From Oscillospiraceae bacterium (GTDB lineage Bacteria > Bacillota > Clostridia > Monoglobales > WRAG01), in the NCBI GenBank assembly GCA_009780345.1, contig WRAG01000005.1:2377-66376 (forward strand): 64,000 nt of DNA, read 5' to 3'. Of this stretch, positions 19,801 to 26,985 are shown piece after piece. Below the pieces are notes generated by a model. It was given only the letters and a program-made list of their open reading frames with translations, was not told the origin of the DNA and searched no databases. A program made the position numbers and the translations under genes. Within the stretch, counting starts at the first letter, position 1. Each line of letters starts with the position of its first letter.

Positions 19801-20295
19801 AACATCTAAGTACGCTTCGGTTCCCGAAGCATTCACAAAAACAACATCGCGAATTTCCGCGCCACTTCCCGCAATGCGAATAAACCCGATGTTGTTATCA
19901 TCTAAATCATTTCCGGTTGTTGAAACGCGTGGCCGCAAAGTCAAACCGGTAATGGTATTGCCTTGTCCGTCAAACGTTCCGGTAAACGGCTGTCCATCTA
20001 CCAATCCGCGACCCAACCTATTCCCCGAAATAGTAAACGAGCCCTGTAATACGAAATTATCATGGTTGGACCCAAGTTCACCGTCCAAAAATAACTCTAA
20101 ATCCTCCGAGCTGCTTATATATATGGTAGGCGCACTAAGCGGCACAATACCGGGCACGTTTGAAGCCTGTTCATACTCCAATTCCGCCATAATAATCAGC
20201 TCTACCGAATTATTCGCAACAATCTGTGTCGGCATTGCAAACAACGTAAATGCAAGTGCCACAGCAATCAAAATACTCATCTTTTTTCTTAACAC
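13816..20295 (-). CDS. Giant secreted GLUG-motif repeat protein with multiple CarboxypepD_reg/Cna-B-like beta-sandwich domains and a dockerin-like C-terminal module
   Basis: More than ten repeats of the (A/V/I)GG(I/L)VG(R/W/V/Y) type occur at roughly 25-residue spacing (AGGIVGWTGTTGSL, AGGIVGRIGTTATL, VGGIVGRTANNVTI, VGGLVGRNEGSMII...). Several G.I.G.V...G..I.NA.V......G......T...G.F-type domains follow. The C-terminus reads ...MDINERDGIDGADLAAVRASI. AAAGGCGGA lies upstream of the GTG at 20295 and precedes the signal peptide MSILIAVALAFTLFAMP. Confidence 0.8.
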   Translation of the reverse strand: MLRKKMSILIAVALAFTLFAMPTQIVANNSVELIIMAELEYEQASNVPGIVPLSAPTIYISSSEDLELFLDGELGSNHDNFVLQGSFTISGNRLGRGLVDGQPFTGTFDGQGNTITGLTLRPRVSTTGNDLDDNNIGFIRIAGSGAEIRDVVFVNASGTEAYLDVAANNTGGWDAAQGRIGMVIGRVVPNASGFPVIVENVHLTGMTVMRMNRASTTTNKHIGGLVGGVDSGARLDIIDVSVANLDMHNQAGRTQSVGGLVGSSNGTLNITTYNQETNTVNIQIRGSGNTSNANMATSAGGVLGRMEAGNTSIADTTVRGTQIRAREFAGGIVGWTGTTGSLTIIDSNTGLADAAVGERLGTLTTHIANARAGGIVGRIGTTATLTNVRNRANIEHLVDNGNFIGGIVGVIEGPTTIDGAWNQGMVTHNHPAGISNVGGIVGRTANNVTITNAHNFANIINRGEGSNASAALGRSNSNRLGGIVGYIAWPTTVAASQRRAHLTNVSNSGTIGNDTNTANTVAGRGTATRQAGGIVGVIGNVASARTYITHATNMGNVRANRLAGGIIGWSNSPDVRIRYAMNHGRITIVEPGAAMNAGGIVGRTAQTGFLLERSGNTGVIRGLRGTTVTNTAVGGLVGRSVTAGSVIRESFNSGYVSQPGFNVGGLVGRNEGSMIIEDVYNIGAVSSVRTAENGRAGAGILGMNSSGPTTIRRAFVSGSWGGRASGSANDGGVAVAVSGNGTSRPVSGLSFSDVYVDTTTTPRTPQTGTTTTILNRARADVRRQQARTGINAVSTELLTSGLIPGFDGTSVIDGNPTWLLNFAGDLDGEYRRTYPFLAWQTGGVHPLPFFNSIRIGGSTNTHAFAMDAPMLGTNGTGAGSHAHFAGVSGAPGSPLGTGTRVFNPHHIATGAAANSNVAATAGHPAIPNAGNFTHAARNIANNTTNDVNQGASTTTSMGVINAQGVVGFSAMEVSDRIAITAVDEVTGETLGHAIFTHTNFTAAANIINAPGIFIAETAGMTGAPSANASALSVTAVGYAPVNGRSLTLAEIAAAEAGEEVTLEIPMTRVAMDIRVWVRSENPDPDAARGISVLGTAPWTGSYIPSVVVTDIRYAYTEGTGWEITTDGSSRPPLARNANAATISWFALNGVMVGDRIVVTMPGFVGTDFYFNSADLMLIGGNFELDIDITDLHVQNIQFRTWGGVNNDGVPINPINVLAEGANQRFDLMIADSEITPGAVNRATNVFTATLLTLNSTVWVESHNNSWVDSDPFVLGDLLEEFEDAPGFYPIDIILEPAIIQEVRVVGRTQLPDGTYLELPLPNANLYVNERPARLVGTSTMPGTFYVRVAAEQTIAATAPGFVGGKLILPEDHDENYVTMYLYRKVPMSGTIQGFVLATADNTYRTPTIYEGGGISNARVVIINEVTGEVVTTATADTTGFFRAGVIINVGEDEYGEEYSYEVGTLPTGRYIIMAEADWFISGVSPQSVVGLKADEGAIANIYLAPNDAQTIYSLIVFVKGTASTAISVTLNGDSIAASAANNRTFVGTSVDRANLLGYVWVTAAGYRPVRYNVAVAGFGAENFALINMNLVPIEVDDYSGIISGQVFLGANGVTTNPINNADVMVISAPGTATSTTTNVYGHFEVADLAEGYYTVVARHDLGNGYILIGTSVVNPARVEEGKVTTANVFLNPANYVVDDSFMLIANVVNAANGAQVPNASVWTVDGALSRATGQFWTGTLSDDEAVVFGAYAPDFFQNSVRLTEAHFSENGLIAFVEIPLSVVESNEGYGSIVGRVTAAETGSRTVAGLGGAIVTKVSADGSEAVAIADSNGFYHFVNVVPGTYTLIARAPYFHAATVSSPVVANETAHTNIELSASDINLGYILIVSVTPASAVVNSEVTHGTTEFTNAENVWIAESERAFTGSVMVNSSGYLNRSVAVPAADAERAQRLNVVLREAATGPLVIVGTVRLAHKLRVSSGGSGVRPDVDYGIRVTVYANAAAFNARTPLEAAVYTNNDGRFELPIRDEINEETIFYIRMARRYDNGGTLRYELYRDLQVRLTLPAYAAGEITLSSYEAQPQHGQPNTDVFWLFPGAFGDANAIGIFDYIMIRGAATNFAVTGGMAMAMDINERDGIDGADLAAVRASIGPMERLEITIY

Positions 20296-20324
20296 AATAA
20301 TTCCGCCTTTCAAATTATACTGGT

Positions 20325-21881
20325 TCACATTGCTAATCTCTTTTCGTTTACCATTTCCTCTCTGCACAGCGCATCGGCATAACCAAGCAATCGACCTTGT
20401 CCAACCGATGATAACATTTCAAAAAGTGCGAAGAGATAATTTTTTGTTCCAACCTCAACATTATTTGCTTTTTTCGCTAGAGTTTCAATATTTTCAACTG
20501 AACTTACTTCCGAAGTTGGAAGTTCCACAATTTCAGTCGTGCTAAAAGCAGTATTCTCACTTTCAAGTGTATCATTTTCTTGTGACGTTTCTTCTGTTGC
20601 ATTATTAACAATCAGAAGAGACGCTTCAGCTATATCAGAAGTACTTAAAAACCAATCCGGCTGTAAATTAAAAACTTCTGTGATTTGATTTAAGTAAGAT
20701 TGTGATGGCAGATGCATTCCTTTTTCCCATCGAAATACTGTGTTTCCGGCCACTTTAATTTTAGCTCCGAACTCTCGTTGTAATAGGTTGAGTCTTTTGC
20801 GCAAAGCTTTTATATTTTGAGCAATTAACATAGATGTGTCAGTTGTTTGAGGAAATTCGCCGTCATGCCCTTTATCAATATCAATAAGTTTATCTCCAAA
20901 ACTACCATTTTCTAAATCGATACCGTGCCTTAACCAAAACTTTGACACGTTAAAGAACTCTGCGACTTTGTTCAGGTTAGCTTCCGATGGCATATAATTT
21001 TTTTCCCAACGAGTGGAAATACTTGAAGATACACCAATTTTAGACGCAAACATTCTATGCGAAATTTTACTGCGCTCTCGCAAAAATTTTATTCTTCCGC
21101 CGAAAGTAGAGGTGTCAGTATTTTGAGATGTTTCGTCGTCGCAACCACTCAAGATCCATTTCAAAGACACTCCAAACTTTTCAGCCATTTTCATTGCTTT
21201 TGGTCCCATTGGTTTAGATTTGTCAGCTTCCCAATTCGATACGCTTATTTCTAGCACAGCAAATTCTGCTGCAAATTCAGAAATTGACATTTCATTATTT
21301 GCACGCAAAAATTTTATTCTTCCGCCCATTGTAGAGATATCAATACTTCTGAGAAGTTCATTTTTAGCGGACAAATCAAACATTTCGGTGTCAAGCACTT
21401 CAATAAACCAATCTTGCGGAACACTAAATATTTCAATTATTTTCTTTGCATGAGGTTTCGACGGCTTGCGCTTGCCTTTTTCCCAATGTGACACGGTGCT
21501 TTCTGAGATACCAATTTTAGCCGCGAATTTGCCTTGTGACAGATAATTTTCTTTACGTATATATTTTATTTTCTCGCCAATAGTTTTTGCGGCAACGGAA
21601 TCGTTCGCCGTTGCTACATCACCATGGTGAATAGTGAGTTCGTCTTTGATAGCAGCGTTAAACGGTTTAATTTCAGCTTCAGCATCTTCTAAAAACCAAT
21701 CAGGTTCAACGTTAAATACTTCGGCAATTTTTTTAAATTGATTATCCGAGGGAGTGACTAAGTTATTTTCCCAATGGCACATCAAAGCTTTAGACACGCC
21801 AACTTTAACTGCTAAATTAAGTTGTGACATATTAAAGCTTTCACGTGTTATTTGTATTTTTTCGCCTACTGTGCCGTACAT
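20325..21881 (-). CDS. Transcriptional regulator with five tandem XRE/Cro-C1 HTH domains and an acidic C-terminal tail
   Basis: Five units of about 62 aa each carry an HTH and end in a (D/K)W(F/I)(L/I) motif: GEKIQITRESFNMSQLNLAVKVGVSKALMCHWE..PDWFLE; GEKIKYIRKENYLSQGKFAAKIGISESTVSHWE..QDWFIE; GGRIKFLRANNEMSISEF..SVSNWE..LKWILS; GGRIKFLRERSKISHRMFASKIGVSSSISTRWE..KFWLRH; AQNIKALRKRLNLLQREFGAKIKVAGNTVFRWE..PDWFLS. AAAGGAGG precedes the ATG ATG start. Confidence 0.8.
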   Translation of the reverse strand: MYGTVGEKIQITRESFNMSQLNLAVKVGVSKALMCHWENNLVTPSDNQFKKIAEVFNVEPDWFLEDAEAEIKPFNAAIKDELTIHHGDVATANDSVAAKTIGEKIKYIRKENYLSQGKFAAKIGISESTVSHWEKGKRKPSKPHAKKIIEIFSVPQDWFIEVLDTEMFDLSAKNELLRSIDISTMGGRIKFLRANNEMSISEFAAEFAVLEISVSNWEADKSKPMGPKAMKMAEKFGVSLKWILSGCDDETSQNTDTSTFGGRIKFLRERSKISHRMFASKIGVSSSISTRWEKNYMPSEANLNKVAEFFNVSKFWLRHGIDLENGSFGDKLIDIDKGHDGEFPQTTDTSMLIAQNIKALRKRLNLLQREFGAKIKVAGNTVFRWEKGMHLPSQSYLNQITEVFNLQPDWFLSTSDIAEASLLIVNNATEETSQENDTLESENTAFSTTEIVELPTSEVSSVENIETLAKKANNVEVGTKNYLFALFEMLSSVGQGRLLGYADALCREEMVNEKRLAM

Positions 21882-21920
21882 CATACTGCCTCCTTTAACT
21901 ATCATGAAATAATTCCCATA

Positions 21921-22076
21921 CTACAACTTTGGTTCGAAAGCTCGACAATTTTCATTCAATTTTGCAAGCAAGTCGCAAATGTCTCGCCAAACATGTTCAT
22001 ATATTTCGGGTGTGGCGACTCGCTCTGATTCTTCAAGCAAAATTTTTGTAATAATCGGAATAGTTGCAATATCCAT
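21921..22076 (-). CDS. 51-aa protein, below the ORF-track length cut-off
   Basis: AAGGAGGAG lies 7 nt before the ATG. The product is MDIATIPIITKILLEESERVATPEIYEHVWRDICDLLAKLNENCRAFEPKL. It shares the segment IPIITKIL(L/M)EE, and about 30 nt of DNA, with the sigma fusion protein at 1229-2416. Confidence 0.4.
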   Translation of the reverse strand: MDIATIPIITKILLEESERVATPEIYEHVWRDICDLLAKLNENCRAFEPKL

Positions 22077-22132
22077 AGTGCGCTCCTCCTTGCATATTCG
22101 TGTCTGTTGTAAAATTTCTATAAAATGTTAAG

Positions 22133-22180
22133 TAAAAAAAGGTATGCGGCAACACACTTAAATATAAGATGTTGCCGCAT
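22133..22180 (-). terminator. Rho-independent terminator
   Basis: On the minus strand, ATGCGGCAAC-N17-GTTGCCGCAT is followed by a T-run (CCTTTTTTTAC). Confidence 0.5.
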
Positions 22181-22392
22181 CGAAGTGTAGATATAAAAGC
22201 GAGGGAGAAAGCAAGGGGTTGCGAAAGGAGAATCGCAACAAATAACCCTCAAAAATCACACTTCCATGAAAAAGTTTTTAATTGGCTATAGAGCTCCATA
22301 ACTAAATTTGAAAAAAGGAATCCTATAGCCGACTATAGTCCAAATCTTATCACCAAATTCGCGGTTTAGGACTTGGAAGAAAATAAGCAAAA

Positions 22393-22449
22393 TTAAAGTT
22401 GCAGCACCAACATTCCATAAATAATCCGTGCCGCTTGCGCACGTGTTGC
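22393..22449 (-). pseudogene. Orphan 3' remnant of an SLH-protein gene
   Basis: Encodes ATRAQAARIIYGMLVLQL-stop. The DNA is about 36/43 identical to the last codons of the 550-aa cohesin-SLH gene at 23150-23205 (NATRAQAARIIYGMLAL-stop). Confidence 0.5.
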
Positions 22450-22451
22450 AT

Positions 22452-23003
22452 TTAGTTTTCTATCGGCATTTCAACGTTACCACGCAACACCGCGCCCTCC
22501 TGCATATTAATACTTTTCGTTATAATATTTCCGTCCACAAAAGCTCCGGATTTTAATGTTACGGTCTTTGAAATCTTCATATCGCCTTTGATTTCGCCGT
22601 TAAATTCTAAAGATTGACTATCAATATTACCGTTAATTATAGACATCTCACTTACTTGGACACCACCAATACAGTTAAGATGTCCGTCTATTGTACCTTT
22701 ATTTACATGTATTGATTTTGCTTGAATATTTCCCTCAACTTTTCCGGTAATGGTAATATTATTTTCGCTTACAACGTTACCTCTGACAAATCCGTCAATC
22801 AACAAATTCGCCTTGGTGGAAATCGAGCCTTCAATAATAGTATCTTTAGGTATACACGCTTCCTCTCTATTGGGGAACCGTTCGAAATCCGGCGCGAGCG
22901 TTTTGCTCGCGTTAACGTTTGATTCTATTTCATCTGACGATGAAGATAAAATTTCTTGCGACTCATATTTTTTCATCTGATGATTGCCCCTAATTTCTTT
23001 CAT
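22452..23003 (-). CDS. Bactofilin-family (polymer-forming cytoskeletal) protein
   Basis: The beta-helical bactofilin pattern is present (IIEGSISTKANLLIDGFVRGNVVSENNITITGKVEGNIQAKSIHVNKGTIDGHL..GNIDSQSLEFNGEIKGDM..VDGNIITKSINMQEGAVLRGNV). GGGGG lies upstream of the ATG at 23003. The longer track ORF has no RBS. Confidence 0.7.
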   Translation of the reverse strand: MKEIRGNHQMKKYESQEILSSSSDEIESNVNASKTLAPDFERFPNREEACIPKDTIIEGSISTKANLLIDGFVRGNVVSENNITITGKVEGNIQAKSIHVNKGTIDGHLNCIGGVQVSEMSIINGNIDSQSLEFNGEIKGDMKISKTVTLKSGAFVDGNIITKSINMQEGAVLRGNVEMPIEN

Positions 23004-23149
23004 CTCATAACCCCCAAAAAACATTTTCGTCTTGGTTTTAAATCGAATCCACGCGCTGTCGCTCATTAAATCGTCAAAATAATTGTGTTCCACCGCCGTC
23101 TTCAAATTTATCAACCCTTCCTTAGTGTTATTAGAGCAAACATCCACTT

Positions 23150-24757
23150 TTATAACGCCAACATTCCGTAGATAATCCTTGCGGCTTGCGCGCGGGTCGC
23201 GTTGTCAAGCGGTCGGAAAGTTCCGTCCTCAAAGCCGTTTATAATCCCCGCCTGTTGCATTACTGAAACCGCGTCAGCCGCCCAAAATGCAATATCGTCA
23301 TTATCAATAAATTCTTGCGGCGCGTTTGTTTGTGGCAAGCTGTCAATTGCTCTTTGTACCATAACCGCCATTTCTTGACGAGTGATATTGTTGCCCGTTC
23401 CAAAAGTTCCATCGTAATGCCCTAAGATAATTCCCGCGTTTACCGCGCTCGCAACCGACGTGAACGCCCAATGCGAAGTTGCTAAATCAGGGAAGCTTGC
23501 TGTTGCGGTTTCATCGTAAATTCCGAGCGCAAGAACCAACATTCTTGCGAATTGTTCACGGGTGACGTTGTAATCGGGCGCAAAATGTGTTGCGCTGATT
23601 CCATTCAAAATTCCGCGTTCAACAAGCGACATGATATAGTCATACGCCCAATGTGACGGCGGAAGGTCAGCAAAGTCTGTGCGCTGTTCTCCGTTCGGTT
23701 CCTGCCATTCACTATCAATCGGAACGCCGTCAATGGTAACGCTTCTTTCGGTTGCGGAAATTGTTACAATAACAAATTGTGATGTTGGCGTTGCTCTTGC
23801 CAAAATTTCTTGATGGTTAAATGAAACATTTCCTAAGTCGGTGAAAAACGTAGTGTCAAACACCCAATTCGCAAGTGCATTCGCTATTGTAGAAACACTC
23901 ATTCGAAATTCAAAGTTGTCTGCATTTGCGTCAACTCGAATTCTCATAACGTTGTCTGTTTCCGCTTCTGCGCGCGCAAACGCGTTTTCAAGTTGTCTGT
24001 CGTTCAGCGTGTAATTTACCGCGCCATTAACAACAGGAGGTCGAATTGTAAGAGTGTATAAATTCGGAACATTTGTTCCTGTTTCACTATCTATTGGCGG
24101 TCGAGTGCCGGGGTTTACATCTTCACCCACTACAGTTATAGCCGGCACATTCGCTTGCAAAACCATAAACTGCGCGTCGCCATAAACATAACTGAACCCA
24201 TCTGGCGAAGTCAAATCGTAAGCGTTATCGCCTTCCACCGCAAACCGTATATCCGCGTTTCCTGCGGCAATTGCAACAAACCGTATTGTTAAAAGAGTTT
24301 CGTACACTATCGCTCGCTCATGGCTGTTGAATAAAAACAGTCTGTAAAACCCATTTTCGTTATCTAAGCGAGGAAACTGCGGATTGCTGAAAATTGCGCC
24401 GTTCCAATATAAGGGGTTCCAGTCGTCGTCAAAAGCATCTTCATCCACCGCTTGTCCGGGGATAATTCCAGCTAAACCGCCGCGCACCTCTGCTAGTGTT
24501 TTCAACCCGCTTGGCAAAATTCTGCCATCAACGTCTGCAACCCTTACCACGTCAGGGTTAAAGTGAATAGGCAAAGTCATAGATACAGCCGAAATATTTC
24601 TAACTGAAATAGTGGCTTCGATTATATCACCGGTAGTTGCGGTTGTTGTGTTAAAAGTTATATTAACTTCCCCGTTTGTTGCAAATACAGGGATTGTTGC
24701 TGCAAGTAATGTTGTCAGCATTGCAATTGTTATTACTATTGATATTATTTTCTTCAT
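23150..24757 (-). CDS. Cell-wall-anchored protein with an N-terminal cohesin-like module and three C-terminal SLH domains (anchoring-scaffoldin-like)
   Basis: TGGAGG is the RBS and a signal peptide is present (KKIISIVITIAMLTTLLAATIPVFA). The cohesin-like pattern is GEVNITFNTTTATTGDIIEATISVRNISAVSMTLPIHFNPDVVRV...LLTIRFVAIAAGNADIRF. The SLH motifs are FADLPPSHWAYDYI..., FPDLATSHWAF... and ...GFEDGTFRPLDNATRAQAARIIYGML. Confidence 0.7.
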   Translation of the reverse strand: MKKIISIVITIAMLTTLLAATIPVFATNGEVNITFNTTTATTGDIIEATISVRNISAVSMTLPIHFNPDVVRVADVDGRILPSGLKTLAEVRGGLAGIIPGQAVDEDAFDDDWNPLYWNGAIFSNPQFPRLDNENGFYRLFLFNSHERAIVYETLLTIRFVAIAAGNADIRFAVEGDNAYDLTSPDGFSYVYGDAQFMVLQANVPAITVVGEDVNPGTRPPIDSETGTNVPNLYTLTIRPPVVNGAVNYTLNDRQLENAFARAEAETDNVMRIRVDANADNFEFRMSVSTIANALANWVFDTTFFTDLGNVSFNHQEILARATPTSQFVIVTISATERSVTIDGVPIDSEWQEPNGEQRTDFADLPPSHWAYDYIMSLVERGILNGISATHFAPDYNVTREQFARMLVLALGIYDETATASFPDLATSHWAFTSVASAVNAGIILGHYDGTFGTGNNITRQEMAVMVQRAIDSLPQTNAPQEFIDNDDIAFWAADAVSVMQQAGIINGFEDGTFRPLDNATRAQAARIIYGMLAL

Positions 24758-24786
24758 TTTAAAGCCTCCATTTTCTAATTTCCATT

Positions 24787-26964
24787 TCAATTCGGCAACC
24801 ATAGTTGCTCGCCAAAGTCAACATCCTCGCCCGGTCCCAACCAACGTTTAAGCATGCTATAAGTTTCAGGATATCTTCGCTCAAATGCGTTTGAAACGGT
24901 TGCTTCCTGCACGTTGTAAAATCCCCAATGTCCACGCGGCAAGTCAGGCCAATCAACAATCATTTCCTCTAAAATTCCGTAATGGTCTAAATAGCGGTCA
25001 AGCACACGATTGATAAGCGTCATTGCCTCAACCCTTGTTATAGATTGGTCCGGACGGAATGTTCCGTCGGGATAACCGACAATCCAACCACGTTGTGCCG
25101 CCGAGGCGATATATCTTTCACCCCAATGTCCTGATACATCATGAAAATCATGCGCCGCATTAGGGTCTAAATTTTCAAACCTCATTGCGATTGCCGCAAA
25201 TTCCGCGCGGGTTATATTGGCTGCGGGATCAAAAGTGCCGTCAGGACGACCTTGTATAGTTCCTGCGTTTTGTTTTGTAGAAATTTGCTGATTCGACCAT
25301 CTATACGCGTCAACATCGGCAAATGTGTTCGAGAATGCGCGGAATCTGTTTCGGGAATCATCTTCCAAAAGTCGGAAAAATATTGTCGCGACTTCCTCAC
25401 GTGTAATCGGATTATCAGGGCGCATTGTACCGTCCTCAAATCCAAAAATAAATCTGAAATGGTCATCTCTTGCAAGTTGAGGACCATCATCATCCGGTAG
25501 TGGTGGTAGTGGCGGTAAAATAATGACTGGTGGAGGACGAATGGGGTCTCGAATAATCGGATCCCGATTATCATTACCGCCTGCGGCCGTAAATGTCCAA
25601 GTTCCCACAAACATAACGTTTGCGCTCGGCATTGTAAAAGTGCCGCCGATAATTGTTACGTTTACCGGAATCGGAGCCCAGCCGTTAAATGTCCAAGTTC
25701 CTCTAACTCCGTTGTGAGTATTTGAAGTTGTCGTTAAATTGCTTGCCACAGTTACGGTAGCGCCCGCCAAAAATTGCGCCGACGCCGGAATTGCAGAATG
25801 GTTCGGCGGCCTGATTCCCGTTACTGTATAATGCACCTCGAAAATAGCCTGTCCCGGATCCGGAGTAAAAGTCCAGGTTCCTGCAAACACAACATCGCTG
25901 TCCGGCATTATAAATTCACCATCTGTAACCATTACATCATTGGTCCCCCAACCGTTAAATGTCCAAGTTCCTGTAATGCCGTTATGTGTGGTTTCGGTAG
26001 TTGTTAAATCATCAGCTACAGTCAACTCATCACCGGGTGATTGCGGCGAGTTCGGCGGAATTGGATATGGCGCAAAAGTCGAAGGCGCAATTCCTGTAAC
26101 CATATAACGCACTTCAATACGACGCCATTGCGCCGTAAGATAAAAATCTTCATCTATATCAGGTATAACATCGCCGGGTTGATGTATAGCTCCGTCGCGG
26201 CTATCTTCCCAACCGTCAAATGTATATCCCGGGTTGCGATTAAATTCATTTTCCGGCACAGTAAAATCTTCACCGTCAGGCACTTTCGTAGGCGGCATTA
26301 ATGTCGGATCTTCATCCGTTCCATTGTCGCCGGGTCTAAAAGTGATTGTATGCTGCCTTTGGCGAATTTCAAAAGGGTGCACACTCCAAATCGGGAATAT
26401 CGGCATAAAAGCATCTACGGTGCCCCAGCTTTCGTTATCAATCAGAACAACTCCTGTAGGAACAGGCGCAGTCGGATTAAACGCCTCAAATCCAAATCCG
26501 GTACTGGCGCTACCTAATATCCATCCCGATGCCACAGCTTCGTATGTAAGTGTGGCAAGTAAAGTCGGCTCAAAATCTAAGGTAATCCCGCCGCCCACTT
26601 CGTGCGGATACGCCAAAAGCATAATGTTTGTAGTTCCCGGAATATATTGCGGATTATCTATATGCTCAAATCCGGGGGCAGCAACAACAGATTCTAATGT
26701 CGCACGAATCGGATCGTCAAGCACAGGCAAAGTGATATTTACAATATTTCTCACATTTTTTATCCAAATTTCAACTATAAAAATTTCGCCTATATAACAA
26801 TAATCCTGCAAATTGCCATCTACACGCGTTACAAAAAATACCGTTGGAGTGTCGTTCTGCATTTCTTCCGAATTATCTGCCGTGGCTAATGGCAAAGTAA
26901 CCCCTGTCAATAGAATGGACATAACAAACAATATTGATAAAAGTTTTAATCTTGTTTTGTGCAT
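24787..26964 (-). CDS. Cell-wall-anchored multidomain protein with a cohesin-like module, a Listeria-Bacteroides repeat, two SHIRT-like repeats, a Pro-rich linker and three SLH domains
   Basis: The N-terminus reads ...YIGEIFIVEIWIKNVRNIVNITLPV. The Listeria-Bacteroides-type repeat is ITFRPGDNGTDE..GYTFDGWED...LTAQWR. The two SHIRT-like repeats have the form V.Y.VTGI.P.......P....GD..TVA..LTT...THNG..GTWTFNGW......MP...V.F.GTWTF. The SLH motifs are FIFGFEDGTMRPDNPITREEVATIFFRLL, FADVDAYRW..GRPDGTFDPAANITRAEFAAIAMRF and FHDVSGHWGERYI..GYPDGTFRPDQSITRVEAMTLINRVL. Confidence 0.7.
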   Translation of the reverse strand: MHKTRLKLLSILFVMSILLTGVTLPLATADNSEEMQNDTPTVFFVTRVDGNLQDYCYIGEIFIVEIWIKNVRNIVNITLPVLDDPIRATLESVVAAPGFEHIDNPQYIPGTTNIMLLAYPHEVGGGITLDFEPTLLATLTYEAVASGWILGSASTGFGFEAFNPTAPVPTGVVLIDNESWGTVDAFMPIFPIWSVHPFEIRQRQHTITFRPGDNGTDEDPTLMPPTKVPDGEDFTVPENEFNRNPGYTFDGWEDSRDGAIHQPGDVIPDIDEDFYLTAQWRRIEVRYMVTGIAPSTFAPYPIPPNSPQSPGDELTVADDLTTTETTHNGITGTWTFNGWGTNDVMVTDGEFIMPDSDVVFAGTWTFTPDPGQAIFEVHYTVTGIRPPNHSAIPASAQFLAGATVTVASNLTTTSNTHNGVRGTWTFNGWAPIPVNVTIIGGTFTMPSANVMFVGTWTFTAAGGNDNRDPIIRDPIRPPPVIILPPLPPLPDDDGPQLARDDHFRFIFGFEDGTMRPDNPITREEVATIFFRLLEDDSRNRFRAFSNTFADVDAYRWSNQQISTKQNAGTIQGRPDGTFDPAANITRAEFAAIAMRFENLDPNAAHDFHDVSGHWGERYIASAAQRGWIVGYPDGTFRPDQSITRVEAMTLINRVLDRYLDHYGILEEMIVDWPDLPRGHWGFYNVQEATVSNAFERRYPETYSMLKRWLGPGEDVDFGEQLWLPN

Positions 26965-26985
26965 TTAGCTTATACCTTCTTTCAA

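Noticed and set aside
14375-20545. Many long plus-strand ORFs (for example 18719-19474 at 251 aa, 19787-20545 at 252 aa, 15838-16344 at 168 aa) inside the giant gene
   Set aside because: They are antisense shadows of a 6.5-kb gene with strongly periodic codon usage. They have no RBS, low-complexity Arg/Ser/Pro-rich translations, and they mutually overlap.
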